DNA of 64,000 bases from an uncultured Thermoleophilia bacterium (GCA_963798285.1 CAWCSR010000003.1:1657376-1721375); one strand, 5' to 3'; counted from the first letter of the stretch, positions 44,890-53,269 are shown. Notes: generated from the letters alone by a model not told the origin. Numbers and translations are program-made.

Positions 44890-47624
44890 ATGCTGCACCG
44901 CTCCAGTACGACGCTCTCGTGGTCGGCAGCGGCATCGGCGGGATGGAGTCAGCTCTCAAGCTCGGCGACATGGGCTACAAGGTCCTCGTCGTCGAGAAGG
45001 ACGCCAGCGTCGGCGGCAAGATGATCCTGCTCAGCAAGGTCTTCCCCACGCTCGACTGCGCCAGCTGCATCTCCACCCCCAAGATGGCTGCCACCATCCA
45101 CCATCCCAATATCGACGTCCTCACCTACTCCCAGGTCGAGGGCATCCGCGACAACGGCGACGGCACGTACCACGCCAAGATCACGCAGAAGCCGAAGTTC
45201 ATCGACGAGGCCGCCTGCACCGGCTGCCGCCAGTGCGAGATGGCCTGCAACGTGGCCGTGCCGGACGAGTTCAACGCCGACATGGTGTCGCGACGCGCGG
45301 CCTACATCGCCTTCCCTCAGGCAGTGCCGAAGAAGGCCGTGATCGACCGCGCCGGCGTCTCGCCGTGCACCTACGAGTGCCCCGCCGGCATCAAGGCGCA
45401 CGGGTACGTCGCGCGCGTGCGCAGCGGCGAGTACGAGGAGGCCTTCGACCTGGTGCTCGAGACGACCCCGCTCGTCGGCTCGCTCGGACGCGCCTGCTAC
45501 GCGCCGTGCGAGGAGCAGTGCACGCGCGGCGAGCTCGAGGGTCCGCTGCCGATCCGCCGCCTGAAGCGATTCATCGCCGACCGGCACTACGGACAGGATG
45601 AGCTGAAGCCGCTGGAGAAGCCCGAGCAGAACGGCAAGAAGGTCGCCGTCGTGGGCTCGGGCCCCGCAGGCCTCACCGCCGCCTGGCAGCTCGCTCGCAA
45701 GGGCTACGGCGTCAAGATCTTCGAGTCGGCCCCGCAGCCGGGCGGCATGCTCCGCCTCGGCATCCCGGCGTACCGGCTGCCGAACGACGTGATCGACGAC
45801 GACATCGCCAACGTGACGGCGATCGGCGTCGAGATCGAGACCGACACGCGCGTCGACGATGTCGCGGCGCTCAAGGACGACGGCTTCGACGCCGTCCTCG
45901 TGGCGACGGGCACGCACAAGGCCGTCCAGTCTGCGCGTGCCCGGCGAGGACCTCGACGGCATCCAGAGCGCCCTCACCTTCCTCGCCGACGTGAAGCTCG
46001 GGCAACCCCGTGGACCTCGCCGACAAGAAGGTCCTCGTCGTCGGCGGCGGCAACGTCGCCATCGACGCGGCGCGCTCCGCGCGCCGCCTCGGCGCCGCGT
46101 CCGTCGACCAGGTCAGCCTCGAGTGCTGCGAGGAGATGCCCGCCCACGACTTCGAGGTCGATGAAGCCAGGGCCGAGGGCATCACGCTGCACGACGGCTG
46201 GGGAATCGACCACTTCGAGGGCGACGGCGTCGTCCAGCGCGCCGAGCTCAAGGTCTGCACCTGCGTCTTCGACGCCGACGGCCGTTTCGCGCCCGAGTAC
46301 GACGAGACCCAGCGCGACACCGTCGACTGCGACGTCGTCATCGTCGCCGCCGGCATGATGGCCGACACGGAGGCGTTCGGCCTCGAGACCAACCCGAACC
46401 GGACGCTCAAGGCCGACGCCGAGACGCTCCAGACCGCCGTGCCGCACGTGTTCGCCGCCGGCGACGTCGTCACCGGCCCGACCATGATCAACAGCGCCGT
46501 CGGCCACGGCCGCCGCGCCGCCTTCATGATCGATCGCTACCTTCAGGGCGCCGTGACTGGACCCCGACGCCTTCGACGAGATGCTGGCGGTCGTCGACAA
46601 GAACGAAGTGCTCCGCGCGGCAGGACGTCTACGACCGGCGCGAGCCGCTCGAGTCCAGCGCCGCCATGAGCGCCTCGCCGACCGACTTCGTGCGAGACGG
46701 AGGCCACGATGACCGAGGACGAAGCGTTCCTCGGCGCCGCCCGCTGCCTCGACTGCGGCGTCTGCTCCGAGTGCCACGCCTGCGTGGACGTCTGCCCGGC
46801 CGACGCGATCAAGCTCGACGATGCGCGGACAGGAGATCGAGGCGGAGGTCGGCAGTGTCGTGCTCGCCACCGGCTTCAAGCTCTTCCCGGCCGACGCCAA
46901 GCCGCAGTACGGCTACGGCCGCTACAAGAACGTGATCACCGGCATGCAGATGGACCGCCTGCTGGCGCCGACCCGGCCGTACAACGCCGTGATCCGCCCC
47001 AGCGACGGCAAGGTGCCGGACAACATCGCCTACATCATGTGCACCGGGTCGCGCGACGAGACCGTCGACAACCCGCTGTGCTCCAAGATCTGCTGCATGT
47101 ACTCGGTCAAGCAGAACCAGCTCATCATGGGCGCCCTGCCGCTCGCCGACGTGACCGTCTACTACATCGACGTGCGCTCGGTCGGCAAGGGCTACGACGA
47201 GTTCTACCAGCAGGCCAAGGACATGGGCGCCAACTTCGTCAAGGGCCGCGTCTCCGGCATCACCGAGACCGACGAGGGCAACCTCGTCCTCCGCTACGAA
47301 GACATCGAGAACGGCGGCACTCTCGCCGAGACCGAGCACGACATGGTCGTGCTCGCGGTCGGCGTGCAGCCGAACCCCGAGGCCGGCCGTCTGTTCGAGG
47401 ACGGCGCCCTGGCGCTCGACGACTACTACTACGTCGGCGAGGCCGACGAAGACCTCGACCCCGGCCGCACCAATCTCCCCGGCGTGTTCGTCGCCGGTTC
47501 GGCCGCCGGGGCCAAGGACATCCCCGACTCGATCCTCCACGCGGGCGCCGCGGTCGCACAGGCCGCCGCTCACCTGGAGCGAGCGAAAGTGAGCGAAGTG
47601 GCGAAAGCAAAGGTGACGTCATGA
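44886..47624 (+). pseudogene. short HdrA/QmoA-like flavoprotein with an inserted GltD/NfnB-like NAD(P)H-oxidoreductase module (cluster 1), six frame changes
   Basis: The N-terminus is HdrA-like (VVGSGIGGMESALKLGD..., FPTLDCASCISTPKM, CTGCRQCEMAC). Next comes a GltD-like block (CPAGIKAHGYV...GRACYAPCEEQC...VAVVGSGPAGLTAAWQLARKGY...VLVVGGGNVAIDAARSA...VFAAGDVVTGPTMINSAVGHG). Then RCLDCGVCSECHACVDVCP, then the HdrA C-terminal half (VVLATGF...YIMCTGSRD...CSKICCMYS...VFVAGSAAGAKDIPDSI). Continuity needs frame changes near 45930, 46006-46009, 46556, 46619, 46693 and 46823, with no stops in the corrected path. Confidence 0.75.
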
Positions 47625-49408
47625 GTAGCCCTCGCAGCGAAGCTGCCGAGCGGGGCAACGAGGACGCACCGCCCCGCGGCCGCAAGATCGGCGTGTACGT
47701 CTGCCAGTGCGGCGGCAACATCGGCGACTACGTCGACGTGGACAAGGTCGTCGCCGAGATCAAAGGCGACGACGACGTGGTCGTCGCCAAGTCGGCGATG
47801 TTCACCTGCTCCGACGCGACCCAGCAGGAGATCGTGCAGGACGCCCAGGAGCAGGGCCTCGATGCCCTCGTGGTCGCGTCGTGCTCGCCCAAGCTGCACA
47901 CCCTGACCTTCCGCGATGTGGCAAAGCGCGCCGGCATGAACCCGTTCCAGTACACCCAGGTGAACGTCCGCGAGCAGTGCTCCTGGACGCACACCGACGA
48001 CAAGGTCGGCGCGACCGAGAAGGCCGTGCGCCTGGTGCGCGCCGGCATCAACCGGACCCGCCTCACCGAGCCGCTCGAGCCGATCGTCGTCGAGACGACG
48101 CCGAAGAGCCTCGTGGTCGGCGGCGGCATCGCCGGCCTGCGCGCAGCCCTCGGTCTGGCGGAGATCGGCCTCACCGTCTTCCTCGTGGAGAAGGAGGCCG
48201 AGCTCGGCGGCCGTGTGGCCGGCTACGGCGCCATGTTCCCGCAGGGCCGCAACGGCGCCGACCTGATCGCCACGCTCGAGGAGAAGGTGCGCGCCAACCC
48301 GGCGATCACCGTGTTCACCAACGCGGAGCTGATGAGCCAAGAGCGGCAGCTTCGGCAACAACCAGGTGACCGTCGCCATCCACGGCGACCGCTGGAGACG
48401 ATCCAGCTGGACGTCGGGTCGATCGTCGTCGCCACCGGCTTCGACGACTACGAGCCGGCGGCCGGTGAGTTCGGCTACGGCCTGGACGGTGTCGTGACGC
48501 TGCCCGAGTTCAAGAAGATGGTGGACGAGACGTCCGGCCCGCTGCAGTACCAGGGCAAGCCGGTCAAGACCGTCGCCTACGTCTACTGCGTGGGCAGCCG
48601 CCAGGATGAGGGCGTCGAAGGCGCGCACACCTACTGCTCGCGTTACTGCTGCACATCCGCGGTGCACACCGCACTCGAGGCCCAGAAGCTCGGCGGCGAT
48701 CTGCGCCAGTACCACCTCTACCGGGACATGCGGACCTACGGCAAGTACGAGTTGCTGTGGAACGAGTCGCGCCAGAATGGCTCGCTCTATCTGCGGGTAC
48801 CCGACGACGAGCCGCCGGCGGTGGAGAAGCTCTCCTCCGGCGGCCTCAAGGTCACCACCAAGGACCTGCTCACCGGCGGCGAAGAGATCGCGATCCCCGC
48901 CGACCTCGTCGTACTCGTCACCGGCATGGTGCCGCGCGAGAACTCCGAGCTGGTCAGCGTCCTCAAGCTCCCGGTGGGCAACGACGGCTTCTACAACGAG
49001 ATCCACCCCAAGCTGCGCCCCGTGGAGACGATCGTGGACGGCGTGCTCATCTGCGGCGCCTGCCAGGCGCCAAAGACGTCGTCCGAGGCCGTCGCCAGCG
49101 GCCTGGCCGCCGTCACCCAGAGCGGCGCCATGCTCAAGCGCGGCTTCGCCGAGCTCGACCCCATGGTGGCGATCGTCGACAACGATGCCTGCACCTGGTG
49201 CGGCAAGTGCCAGGAGGCCTGCCCCTACGACGCGATCGAACAGGTCGAGGCCGATGGCAAGCAGGTGGCTCAGGTCATCAGGACGGCCTGCAAGGGTTGT
49301 GGGGGCTGCGTGCCGGTCTGCCCGACCGACGCCATCGACCTGCAGGGCTACACCGACGCTCAGATCAGATCCATGATCGACGGCCTGATGGAGGTGAGCT
49401 GCTCATGA
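47621..49408 (+). CDS. hdrA: full-length HdrA-type heterodisulfide reductase subunit A-like flavo-FeS protein (cluster 1)
   Basis: 595-aa open frame. N-terminal cluster domain KIGVYVCQCGGNIGDYVD...CSPKLHTLTFR...VNVREQCSWTH. FAD motif LVVGGGIAGLRAALGLAE. Also CVGSRQ...YCSRYCC, and a C-terminal 2x[4Fe-4S] (CTWCGKCQEACP, CKGCGGCVPVCP). Residues encoded at about 48343-48393 look locally out of frame. Confidence 0.85.
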   Translation: MSSPRSEAAERGNEDAPPRGRKIGVYVCQCGGNIGDYVDVDKVVAEIKGDDDVVVAKSAMFTCSDATQQEIVQDAQEQGLDALVVASCSPKLHTLTFRDVAKRAGMNPFQYTQVNVREQCSWTHTDDKVGATEKAVRLVRAGINRTRLTEPLEPIVVETTPKSLVVGGGIAGLRAALGLAEIGLTVFLVEKEAELGGRVAGYGAMFPQGRNGADLIATLEEKVRANPAITVFTNAELMSQERQLRQQPGDRRHPRRPLETIQLDVGSIVVATGFDDYEPAAGEFGYGLDGVVTLPEFKKMVDETSGPLQYQGKPVKTVAYVYCVGSRQDEGVEGAHTYCSRYCCTSAVHTALEAQKLGGDLRQYHLYRDMRTYGKYELLWNESRQNGSLYLRVPDDEPPAVEKLSSGGLKVTTKDLLTGGEEIAIPADLVVLVTGMVPRENSELVSVLKLPVGNDGFYNEIHPKLRPVETIVDGVLICGACQAPKTSSEAVASGLAAVTQSGAMLKRGFAELDPMVAIVDNDACTWCGKCQEACPYDAIEQVEADGKQVAQVIRTACKGCGGCVPVCPTDAIDLQGYTDAQIRSMIDGLMEVSCS

Positions 49409-49698
49409 CGCCCGACGACACCGCCACGACCCGTCCGCTGATCAAGGACGCGGTCCCCGGTCAGCGCGACGTCCGCGAGGTGATCCGCGACGAGCAGGTC
49501 ATGCGTCGCCGCGTGCTGGCCGTGCTCGCAGACGGGCCTCTCACGGTGCCCGAGATCGCGGCCGCCCTCGAACGGCCCACCCACGAAGTGATGTTCTGGG
49601 TCATGGGCCTGCGCAAGTACGGCTGGCTGGCCGAGGACAAGGAAGTCAACGACGATGGCTACTTCCGCTATGAAGCGGTGGAGAGGGAGGGCTCATGA
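49405..49698 (+). CDS. small winged-helix (MarR/ArsR-like) protein embedded in Hdr cluster 1
   Basis: 97 aa with ATGA overlaps on both sides. RRRVLAVLADGPLTVPEIAAALERPTHEVMFWVMGLRKYGWLAE..DGYFRY. Paralogue at 54443-54757. Confidence 0.7.
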   Translation: MTPDDTATTRPLIKDAVPGQRDVREVIRDEQVMRRRVLAVLADGPLTVPEIAAALERPTHEVMFWVMGLRKYGWLAEDKEVNDDGYFRYEAVEREGS

Positions 49699-50009
49699 CG
49701 GCTCTCGTGAACCCCGGGCTGGCGACAGAGCTGGCGCGCTCAGGCGAGTTCAACGCCGACGCCTGCATGAACTGCGGGGTGTGCTCCGCCATCTGCCCCA
49801 TGGGCGTCGACGTCGAGGTGCGCAAGCTGTTCCGCTACGTGCTCCTCGGCATGGAAGACCAGGTCAAGGCCGAGACGGAGAACGTCTTCTCGTGCCTGCT
49901 CTGCAAGATGTGTGAGGAGAACTGCCCCGCGGGCGTGCACATCGCCGAGAACGTGCGCACGCTGCGGCACCACATCGTCCGCACCACCTTCGGCCTCGGG
50001 GAGGGATGA
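49695..50009 (+). CDS. hdrC: HdrC-like 2x[4Fe-4S] ferredoxin subunit
   Basis: CMNCGVCSAICPMG and CLLCKMCEENCPAG. 104 aa. Translationally coupled to its neighbours. Confidence 0.8.
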   Translation: MTALVNPGLATELARSGEFNADACMNCGVCSAICPMGVDVEVRKLFRYVLLGMEDQVKAETENVFSCLLCKMCEENCPAGVHIAENVRTLRHHIVRTTFGLGEG

Positions 50010-50983
50010 CCATGCCTCTCCCGACCGGCGACGTGATCGGCATCCTGGGCGACAACCTGCGCCTGCGGAAGTCGGTCCTCCCGCTGCCGAGCAAGGTGGC
50101 GACCAAGTGGACCGAGGGTCTCGGCCTGCCGCGAGGCGGCGAGACCGTGCTCTACACCGGGATGATGTACCAGCTCATCCCGTACATCGAAGGCCTCGTG
50201 AAGGCCGAGATCAAGTTCGGCGACTCCTGGCTCGGCAAGTACACCGGCCTGGGCCGCCGTGTGAACCGCATGATCAACATCTCCGCGTTCATGGCGCGGC
50301 CCTCGGCAGAGGAGCGCGCCGTCTACGACCAGGTGCCGATCAACGTCGTCCACCTGCTGCGCAAGGCCGGCGTCCAGTTCGGCGCCCTCTATCAGGACGA
50401 CCTCTATTCGGGCGCCCTCGCCTACGACCTGGGCCTCGACGAGGTCGTGGTCGAGCACGCGAAGAAGGTCTTCGCGGCGCTCAAGAAGCACGGGGTCAAG
50501 ACCGTGATCACCATCGACCCGCATACCACCACCATGCTGCGCAGCGTCTACCCCAGGATCCTGAGCGGCTACGACATCGAGGTGAAGAGCTACCTCGAGG
50601 TGCTCGCCGAGAAGGGCTTCGGCTCCAACGGTCACAGCGCCAAGGCGCTCTCGGGCGAAGTCGTCGTGCACGACTCCTGCGTCTTCGCCCGCTACGAGGG
50701 CGTCGTCGACGAGCCGCGCGAGCTGCTCGCCGCCACCGGACTCACCATCCGCGACCCCGAGAACTCGGGCCGTCAGACGTGGTGCTGCGGCGGCCCCGTC
50801 GAGTCGCTGTACCCGGCCAAGGCGATCGCCAACGCGGAGAAGCGCGTCGCGCAGCTCCGCGAGGCCGCTCCCGACGCCGTCACCATGTGCCCGATGTGCT
50901 TCGTGAACCTGAGCAATGCAGCCGGCGACACGATGCGCTTCAAGGATATCTCGCAGTACCTGCGCGAGGCCTACGCGTCCTGA
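50006..50983 (+). CDS. hdrB: HdrB-like CCG-domain protein (only the C-terminal CCG domain retains its cysteines)
   Basis: C-terminal DSC...WCCGGP...MCPMC is a complete CCG motif. The N-terminal half aligns to a CCG domain in spacing (VLYTGMMYQL, YSGALAYDLG, VITIDPHTTTML) but contains no Cys. Confidence 0.75.
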   Translation: MTMPLPTGDVIGILGDNLRLRKSVLPLPSKVATKWTEGLGLPRGGETVLYTGMMYQLIPYIEGLVKAEIKFGDSWLGKYTGLGRRVNRMINISAFMARPSAEERAVYDQVPINVVHLLRKAGVQFGALYQDDLYSGALAYDLGLDEVVVEHAKKVFAALKKHGVKTVITIDPHTTTMLRSVYPRILSGYDIEVKSYLEVLAEKGFGSNGHSAKALSGEVVVHDSCVFARYEGVVDEPRELLAATGLTIRDPENSGRQTWCCGGPVESLYPAKAIANAEKRVAQLREAAPDAVTMCPMCFVNLSNAAGDTMRFKDISQYLREAYAS

Positions 50984-51029
50984 CCAGGGCCACCGGAAGA
51001 CACGACCGAACAGCACTGGAGGTGCTGGA

Positions 51030-51516
51030 GTGGACACGACCACCAAGAAGACGATCATCCTGTTCAGTGGCGACTTCGACAAGGTGATGGCGGCGTTCAT
51101 CATCGCCAACGGCGCCGCCGCCATGGGCGACGACGTCACCATCTTCGCCACGTTCTGGGGTCTCAACATCTTCCGCAAGGCGAGAGAAGGTCACGACGGA
51201 CGGCAAGAAGAGCTTCCTGCAGAAGGCCTTCGGCAGCATGATGCCCAGGGGCTCGAAGAAGCTCGGGCTCTCCAAGATGAACTTCGCCGGCGCCGGCGCT
51301 CCTCTCATGCGCAAGGTCATGAAGAACGCGAACGCCATGTCGCTCGAGGAACTGATCGACAGCGCCCGCGAGATGGACGTGAAGTTCGTCGCCTGCACGC
51401 TGTCGATGGACATCCTCGGATTCAAGGAAGAGGAGATGATCGACGGCCTCGAGTACGCCGGCGTCGCCGCCTATCTGGGCGAGGCCGACGAGGCCAACGT
51501 CAACCTGTTTATCTAG
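51030..51516 (+). pseudogene. DsrE/DsrF/DrsH-like (DrsE_2) family protein, frame disrupted near 51183
   Basis: GTG start after GGAGG. VDTTTKKTIILFSGDFDKVMAAFIIANGAAAMGDDVTIFATFWGLNIFRKA, then in the +1 frame EKVTTDGKKSFLQKAFGSMMPRGSKKLGLSKMNFAGAG...KFVACTLSMDILGFKEEE...ANVNLFI. Confidence 0.8.
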
Positions 51517-51603
51517 ACGCCGAACGGCGGCCATGCCCGGAAGAGGGGCAGCCGCCGGGCGCGAGTCCCCACCCGGGACGGGGCATCGCGCACCAGGCGC
51601 CGA

Positions 51604-51648
51604 GCGGCCCGCGACCATCTCCACGACGGTCGCGGGCCGCTTTTCGTT
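51604..51648 (+). terminator. rho-independent terminator ending cluster 1
   Basis: GCGGCCCGCGACC-N11-GGTCGCGGGCCGC, a perfect 13-bp stem followed by TTTTCGTT. Confidence 0.85.
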
Positions 51649-51737
51649 GCCCGGGAGCGAGTCTTTCGGGGGAGGCGACGGCAATCGCCCCGGAGGTCTC
51701 CCCCGGGGCGCGCAGCCGAGCGAAGGCGGCTGGCTTC

Positions 51738-51753
51738 ATGAGCATATGCTCAT
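51738..51753. promoter_or_regulatory. perfect 16-bp AT-rich palindrome ATGAGCATATGCTCAT (operator candidate) within a -35/-10-like context
   Basis: It sits between TGGCTT (51731-36) and TATAAG (51753-58), 92 nt upstream of the PNPOx-family gene. A near copy lies at 61177-61194. Confidence 0.55.
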
Positions 51754-51844
51754 ATAAGATGCGGTGCCGAAGCGGGTGAGTGGCGCCGCGCCGCCCAGCC
51801 GAGATGGACGGACGATCATCGCCGCGAGGCAGAAGGAGGTTCCG

Positions 51845-52252
51845 GTGGGACGACTGACCGAGGACGCAAAGCGAGTGCTCGCCCAGATGAAGGTCGTGCC
51901 GGTGGCGACCGCATCGAAGGCCGGCCTGCCCAACGTGGTGCCGATGACCTTCGTGAAGACGCTCGACGACTCGGCGGTGCTCATCGCCGATAACTTCATG
52001 GACAAGGGCGCGAAGAACCTCGAGGAGAACCCTCACGTCGCCATCTGTGCGTGGGACCTCGAGACCAAACGCGCGTATCAGGTGAAGGGCACCGCGGAAG
52101 TCCATCGCGTGGGATCCGTCTTCGACGAGACCGTCGCCTGGGTCCAGGAGAGCAGACCGGAGATCGCCACCAGAGCTGCGGTGGTCGTGAGCATCACGAA
52201 CGTCTTCGTGTGCTCGGCCGACGACCGGGGCAAGGACGTGGTCCTGCCGTAG
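51845..52252 (+). CDS. pyridoxamine 5'-phosphate oxidase family (FMN-binding split-barrel) protein
   Basis: GTG start 4 nt after AAGGAGG. VGRLTEDAKRVLAQMKVVPVATASKAGLPNVVPMTFVKTLDDSAVLIADNFMDKGAKNLEENPHVAI. Confidence 0.75.
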   Translation: MGRLTEDAKRVLAQMKVVPVATASKAGLPNVVPMTFVKTLDDSAVLIADNFMDKGAKNLEENPHVAICAWDLETKRAYQVKGTAEVHRVGSVFDETVAWVQESRPEIATRAAVVVSITNVFVCSADDRGKDVVLP

Positions 52253-52306
52253 GCGGGTGCGGACGGGCCCGGGCCTTCGGTCTCTCCTGCAGCGCCGCAA
52301 GACACA

Positions 52307-52347
52307 GCGGGCGGCGGCGTCTCCGTGAAGGAAGCGCCGCCGCCCGC
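52307..52347. terminator. strong hairpin between convergent PNPOx gene and cluster 2
   Basis: GCGGGCGGCGGCG-N15-CGCCGCCGCCCGC, a perfect 13-bp stem between the stops at 52252 (+) and 52377 (-). Confidence 0.55.
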
Positions 52348-52376
52348 CTGCACGAGGCATACCGATCGCCGTCGGT

Positions 52377-52751
52377 TCAGTAGTTGAGCACCGCCGACGC
52401 GGTCGTGACTTCCTGGATGACGCGTGCTCCGGCGATCAGCTGCGCGCCGTCGACCAGCAGGTCCTGCCCGAGCTCCCGCTCCTGGACGCACGGTGTGCAG
52501 ACGAGCAGCTTGCCGCCGGCCTCCATGAAGGTCGCGAAGAGATCTTTGAGCGGCGGCAGACCGCCGGCGAAGATGTGGTCGTAAACGCCCTTCTGGGCCA
52601 GCAGGACGCCCGTCCCTTGAAGGATGACGACGGCCTCGCATTCCATCACCTGAGCGGCGGTCGCCATGACGAACGGCAGCGTCGCACGCTCTTTGTCCTC
52701 GGGGCCGTGCGTCGCCATGATGACGACCTTGTCTGCGGCTGCGTCTGCCAT
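52377..52751 (-). CDS. DsrE/DsrF-like family protein (cluster 2, last gene)
   Basis: 124 aa. KVVIMATHGPEDKERATLPFVMATAAQVMECEAVVILQGTGV...KLLVCTPCVQERE is the DsrE-fold pattern with a conserved Cys. Confidence 0.8.
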   Translation of the reverse strand: MADAAADKVVIMATHGPEDKERATLPFVMATAAQVMECEAVVILQGTGVLLAQKGVYDHIFAGGLPPLKDLFATFMEAGGKLLVCTPCVQERELGQDLLVDGAQLIAGARVIQEVTTASAVLNY

Positions 52752-52835
52752 GCGTGTCTCCTTCGTGAATGTCCGGCTAAGTCGCTGGCCTGGCGCAGGC
52801 CGGAGCGAGCGGGGCCTGCAACCGTCGCGGTCGGG

Positions 52836-53249
52836 TCAGAGCACCTGAACGACGTCTGCCTTTTCGCAGCTCGTGATGTACTTGGCGATGCCGACGATGT
52901 CATCGACGACGTCGACGAAGTCGTCGAGCTCGCCGGCGCCCCAGATCTTGCCCGCGGCCTGGCAGCAGTGGATCTTGACGTTGCCCATGGCCTTGAGCTT
53001 GCGGAAGTTCTCAAGGGGGTCGGGAACGGCGTTCTCGGCCATCCCGGCCAGCATCTCTTCCTTCAGTTCGGGGCGGTCGGCATACGTGCCTGCGGCGCCG
53101 CCCACGTCCTTGCGGAACGCGTAAGCGCCTCCGAGCAGCAGGTAGATGTCCACGTCCATCTCGAGAGCCACGGCGCCGCCGGTCAGGGTGCTGGCGACGA
53201 CGAGCTTCTCGAGGCTGCCACTGGCAAGACTGATGATCATGGAACTCAT
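52836..53249 (-). CDS. DsrE-family-like / peroxiredoxin-like small protein (cluster 2)
   Basis: 137 aa from MSSMIISLASGSLEKLVVASTLTGGAVALEMDVDIYLLLGGAYAF...VKIHCCQAAGKIWG. It is the tail of the 535-aa track ORF, the rest of which is junk antisense to the membrane gene. Confidence 0.65.
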   Translation of the reverse strand: MSSMIISLASGSLEKLVVASTLTGGAVALEMDVDIYLLLGGAYAFRKDVGGAAGTYADRPELKEEMLAGMAENAVPDPLENFRKLKAMGNVKIHCCQAAGKIWGAGELDDFVDVVDDIVGIAKYITSCEKADVVQVL

Positions 53250-53269
53250 TGGTGCTTCCCTTCTCTGGA

